From: an uncultured Solirubrobacteraceae bacterium
Lineage (GTDB): Bacteria > Actinomycetota > Thermoleophilia > Solirubrobacterales > Solirubrobacteraceae
Length of the DNA stretch: 64,000 bases
NCBI GenBank assembly: GCA_963705745.1
Contig: CAVPKP010000010.1
Location: forward strand, 105,675 to 169,674
Reading direction: 5' to 3'
Each line of letters opens with the position of its first letter. The first letter of the stretch is position 1. The translations under genes and the position numbers were made by a program. This document shows positions 61,995 through 64,000 of the stretch, in pieces. The notes beneath the pieces were generated by a model that was not told the DNA's origin, did no database searches, and worked only from the letters and a program-made list of their open reading frames with translations.

Positions 61995-62254
61995 TGAGCA
62001 CTCCTACTCCGATTGAACTTGGTTGGGCTATCCGTCGCTTGCGTAAGAGCAGGAAACTAACTATTGAAGACCTCGCGCTCATGGCTGACATGCACTTGAC
62101 ATACTTATCAGGAATAGAGCGAGGCTTACGGAACCCATCATGGGTGAAGCTAGCGAGTCTCGCGGAAGCCCTTGACCTGCAAGTCTCAGACATCGTTACT
62201 ACTGCTGAGAGAATACATTGCCCCATGTGCGGAACAGCCAGCCACAGTCCATAG
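61994..62254 (+). CDS. XRE-family HTH transcriptional regulator
   Basis: IRRLR...LTIEDLA...YLSGIERGLRNPS; C-terminal CPMC. Confidence 0.9.
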   Translation: MSTPTPIELGWAIRRLRKSRKLTIEDLALMADMHLTYLSGIERGLRNPSWVKLASLAEALDLQVSDIVTTAERIHCPMCGTASHSP

Positions 62255-62507
62255 TTATAAGCACTCGTGATGTAAGGACGCTCGTGCTGAATCGTTCATT
62301 AGCCCGTGATGTACATGCGCGAGATCGGTTGGGACCTTAACGGGATAATTTTGGGACAAAGTGGTCTGCAGAACATTCTAAGAAGAAAATCAGCAACCCA
62401 TGTATGATGGTCTAATAATTACTATAGGTCTATACAACGTACACGGTCATACAACGTACCCGTTACTTTGTTTCTCCGACTCAAAACCTAACTACCCAAC
62501 CAATCAC

Positions 62508-62807
62508 ATGTCTTCCACAACTAAAGAGAAAGTACGACAATTAGATCCCGGCCTTCTAGTTGAGACTGAAGTGCAGGAAACCTCTGTGCCAGTTACCATG
62601 TTAGTTCAACATGCGTCTCTACCAAAGGCATACTGCAAAAAACCATATAACCTTAGCGAACCAGTTACTTTTACTGGTGCCGACGCCGATAACTTTTTAC
62701 GCGAGATAGCGGAGCAGCCACCTGTCAGTCCAGAGCGCCTGAGTCATGCTCTCAGCATCGTGATCATGAATACAAGTCGGCTTACCGCTAACGAGATCGC
62801 CTTCTGA
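62508..62807 (+). CDS. Putative antitoxin with DUF1778/TacA-like C-terminus
   Basis: VTFTGADADNFLREIAEQPPVSPERL resembles the DUF1778 tail; 12 bp before the GNAT; start uncertain. Confidence 0.55.
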   Translation: MSSTTKEKVRQLDPGLLVETEVQETSVPVTMLVQHASLPKAYCKKPYNLSEPVTFTGADADNFLREIAEQPPVSPERLSHALSIVIMNTSRLTANEIAF

Positions 62808-62819
62808 GGTTTCGTTGCT

Positions 62820-63434
62820 ATGTCTTTGGAAGTGGTGCGGCTGCCTTCACCTATCAAGGACGACCTACAGCAAGCCCTCTCTTGTTTTGACTGCGTAGCG
62901 CTACATGATTTAGATGGGCAGCCAGACCCTGGAGAGATAATGGTGAGGAGTTTCCTTGTAGACGGCGAAGCCGAAATTGGAGTGCGTGACGGTACCGGGA
63001 CGACCTATTTCGCGATAGACCGGGAGATATCCACTGACATTCTTGGATACATTACACTATCATTTAGTCAGATTAAGCTCACAAATGGTGAAAAGCGTAC
63101 TGGTTCTGTGGAAGGGCGTCGTGGAATCTTTGGAGCGCTACGCATCGCCATGATCGCTACTAGCAAAGACTTCACAGGAAGGGGCATAGGCACGTTTTTA
63201 GTGGATTATGCTATGGGTCTTGCTGTCTTTGCGAGCCAACGAATTGCGACGGTGCGGTTCCTTATTGTTGACGCCGCCTATACTCAACGCGGATGGTATG
63301 AGCGTCGAGGTTTCACCGAAAATCGGTCAGCGGACGAGGTAAATAGACTAAATGATGTTGAAGCTACTAGCATGCGTCTGGACCTTGGGGTTGATCTTGG
63401 CAAGATAGCCGCTGAAGAAGAGCCTTTCTCCTAA
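62820..63434 (+). CDS. GNAT acetyltransferase, TacT/AtaT toxin-like
   Basis: FDC, ILGYITL, LRIAMIA..FTGRGIG, FLIVDA, WYERRGF. Confidence 0.8.
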   Translation: MSLEVVRLPSPIKDDLQQALSCFDCVALHDLDGQPDPGEIMVRSFLVDGEAEIGVRDGTGTTYFAIDREISTDILGYITLSFSQIKLTNGEKRTGSVEGRRGIFGALRIAMIATSKDFTGRGIGTFLVDYAMGLAVFASQRIATVRFLIVDAAYTQRGWYERRGFTENRSADEVNRLNDVEATSMRLDLGVDLGKIAAEEEPFS

Positions 63435-64000
63435 GCTTACGAAAGCTAGTTTCATTTTTCTTAGCTACTCGTCCCACCACGGAGGGGGCTGGGATGCCTT
63501 CTATGGTCCTTGACATTCTCAGCAATGCTTGGACGGTTAGTTGCTCACCGGGCTTCAGGTTCTCAATAGCGAGGCGCAAGCCTGCTTCTACTAGCTCTAG
63601 TGTCCAGTAGCCTCGCCGGACACGAGGATTCTTAGCGTCCAGTTCAGGGGTTGCTGAGTGCTGCCAGGGTGGTTGTTGAGTCGGCTTCGGGAGTCTTGCT
63701 GGTGTCCATAGACCCCTCTGAGATCGTCGCTCGCGTAGCTCCTCAATGTCCTTGAGGATTTGCTTGTTCTTCCCGAGAGCGAATCCTTGTTCCTTAGCGA
63801 AGCGGATAATGTCAGTATGCGAGGGCAACCGACCATGCACGATCAGGAAGCGCTCTATCGCATCCGGCATAGGAACTCCCTGGACTCGTGGAACGGCAGG
63901 CCGGGTTTCCAACGATGCCTCCTCCAGCACCCGGTCCCAACTGTAATGTTCTACTTGCCCGTGGGTTGGGAGTTGTTCTTCAAGCTGGACCCGGTTCGTG
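63367..64000 (-). CDS. Hypothetical protein with homing-endonuclease-associated-repeat-like units (5' end outside window)
   Basis: Frame open to the window edge (..LPTHGQVEHYSWDRVLEEA..); GRLPS and WTLE...IPAPS units. Confidence 0.6.
   Translation of the reverse strand, partial: TNRVQLEEQLPTHGQVEHYSWDRVLEEASLETRPAVPRVQGVPMPDAIERFLIVHGRLPSHTDIIRFAKEQGFALGKNKQILKDIEELRERRSQRGLWTPARLPKPTQQPPWQHSATPELDAKNPRVRRGYWTLELVEAGLRLAIENLKPGEQLTVQALLRMSRTIEGIPAPSVVGRVAKKNETSFRKLRRKALLQRLSCQDQPQGPDAC

Larger units (their letters stand above)
61300..64000. mobile_element. Start of an AT-richer, horizontally acquired island (boundary approximate)
   Basis: Abrupt loss of the GC/codon pattern (e.g. 62401-62460 is 22/60 G+C); carries an XRE regulator and a TA-like pair; no integrase in window. 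Confidence 0.7.

Overview
Very GC-rich chromosomal segment. Gene content and order suggest an actinobacterium of the Thermoleophilia/Solirubrobacterales type (inference). About 61 kb is mostly core genome: ychF-PAP2-mce-ftsH, an Opp/Dpp peptide ABC operon with an M20 peptidase, rarA, a long tetrapyrrole/cytochrome c maturation operon (sirC-ccmABCD-hemA-hemC-cobA/hemD-birA), an SF2 helicase, tRNA-Arg(CCT), cell-envelope genes, infA-thiL, treT-otsA, rpsF-ssb-rpsR-rplI-dnaB-dnaC-like, and purA. The last ~2.7 kb is AT-richer and island-like, with an XRE regulator and a probable DUF1778-like/GNAT toxin-antitoxin pair. The best candidate for an undescribed system is a compact p-aminobenzoate (pABA) tailoring cluster at 27.7-35.1 kb. 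It encodes PabAB, PabC, an adenylating ligase, a stand-alone carrier protein, a GNAT and a formyltransferase, and its ligase/carrier operon runs on into two Lys/Glu-rich lipoproteins. Second is a sortase paired with a catalytically degenerate, multi-TM M28-fold protein with a Gaa1-like layout. Other notable items: a pseudo-ALDH, an acidic insertion inside a helicase core, thiL lacking a canonical start and lying in frame behind the infA stop, and a perfect LexA-type box before dnaB. Several single-base frameshifts in the right-hand part may be sequencing errors. All family assignments come from motif recognition by eye; no database search was run.
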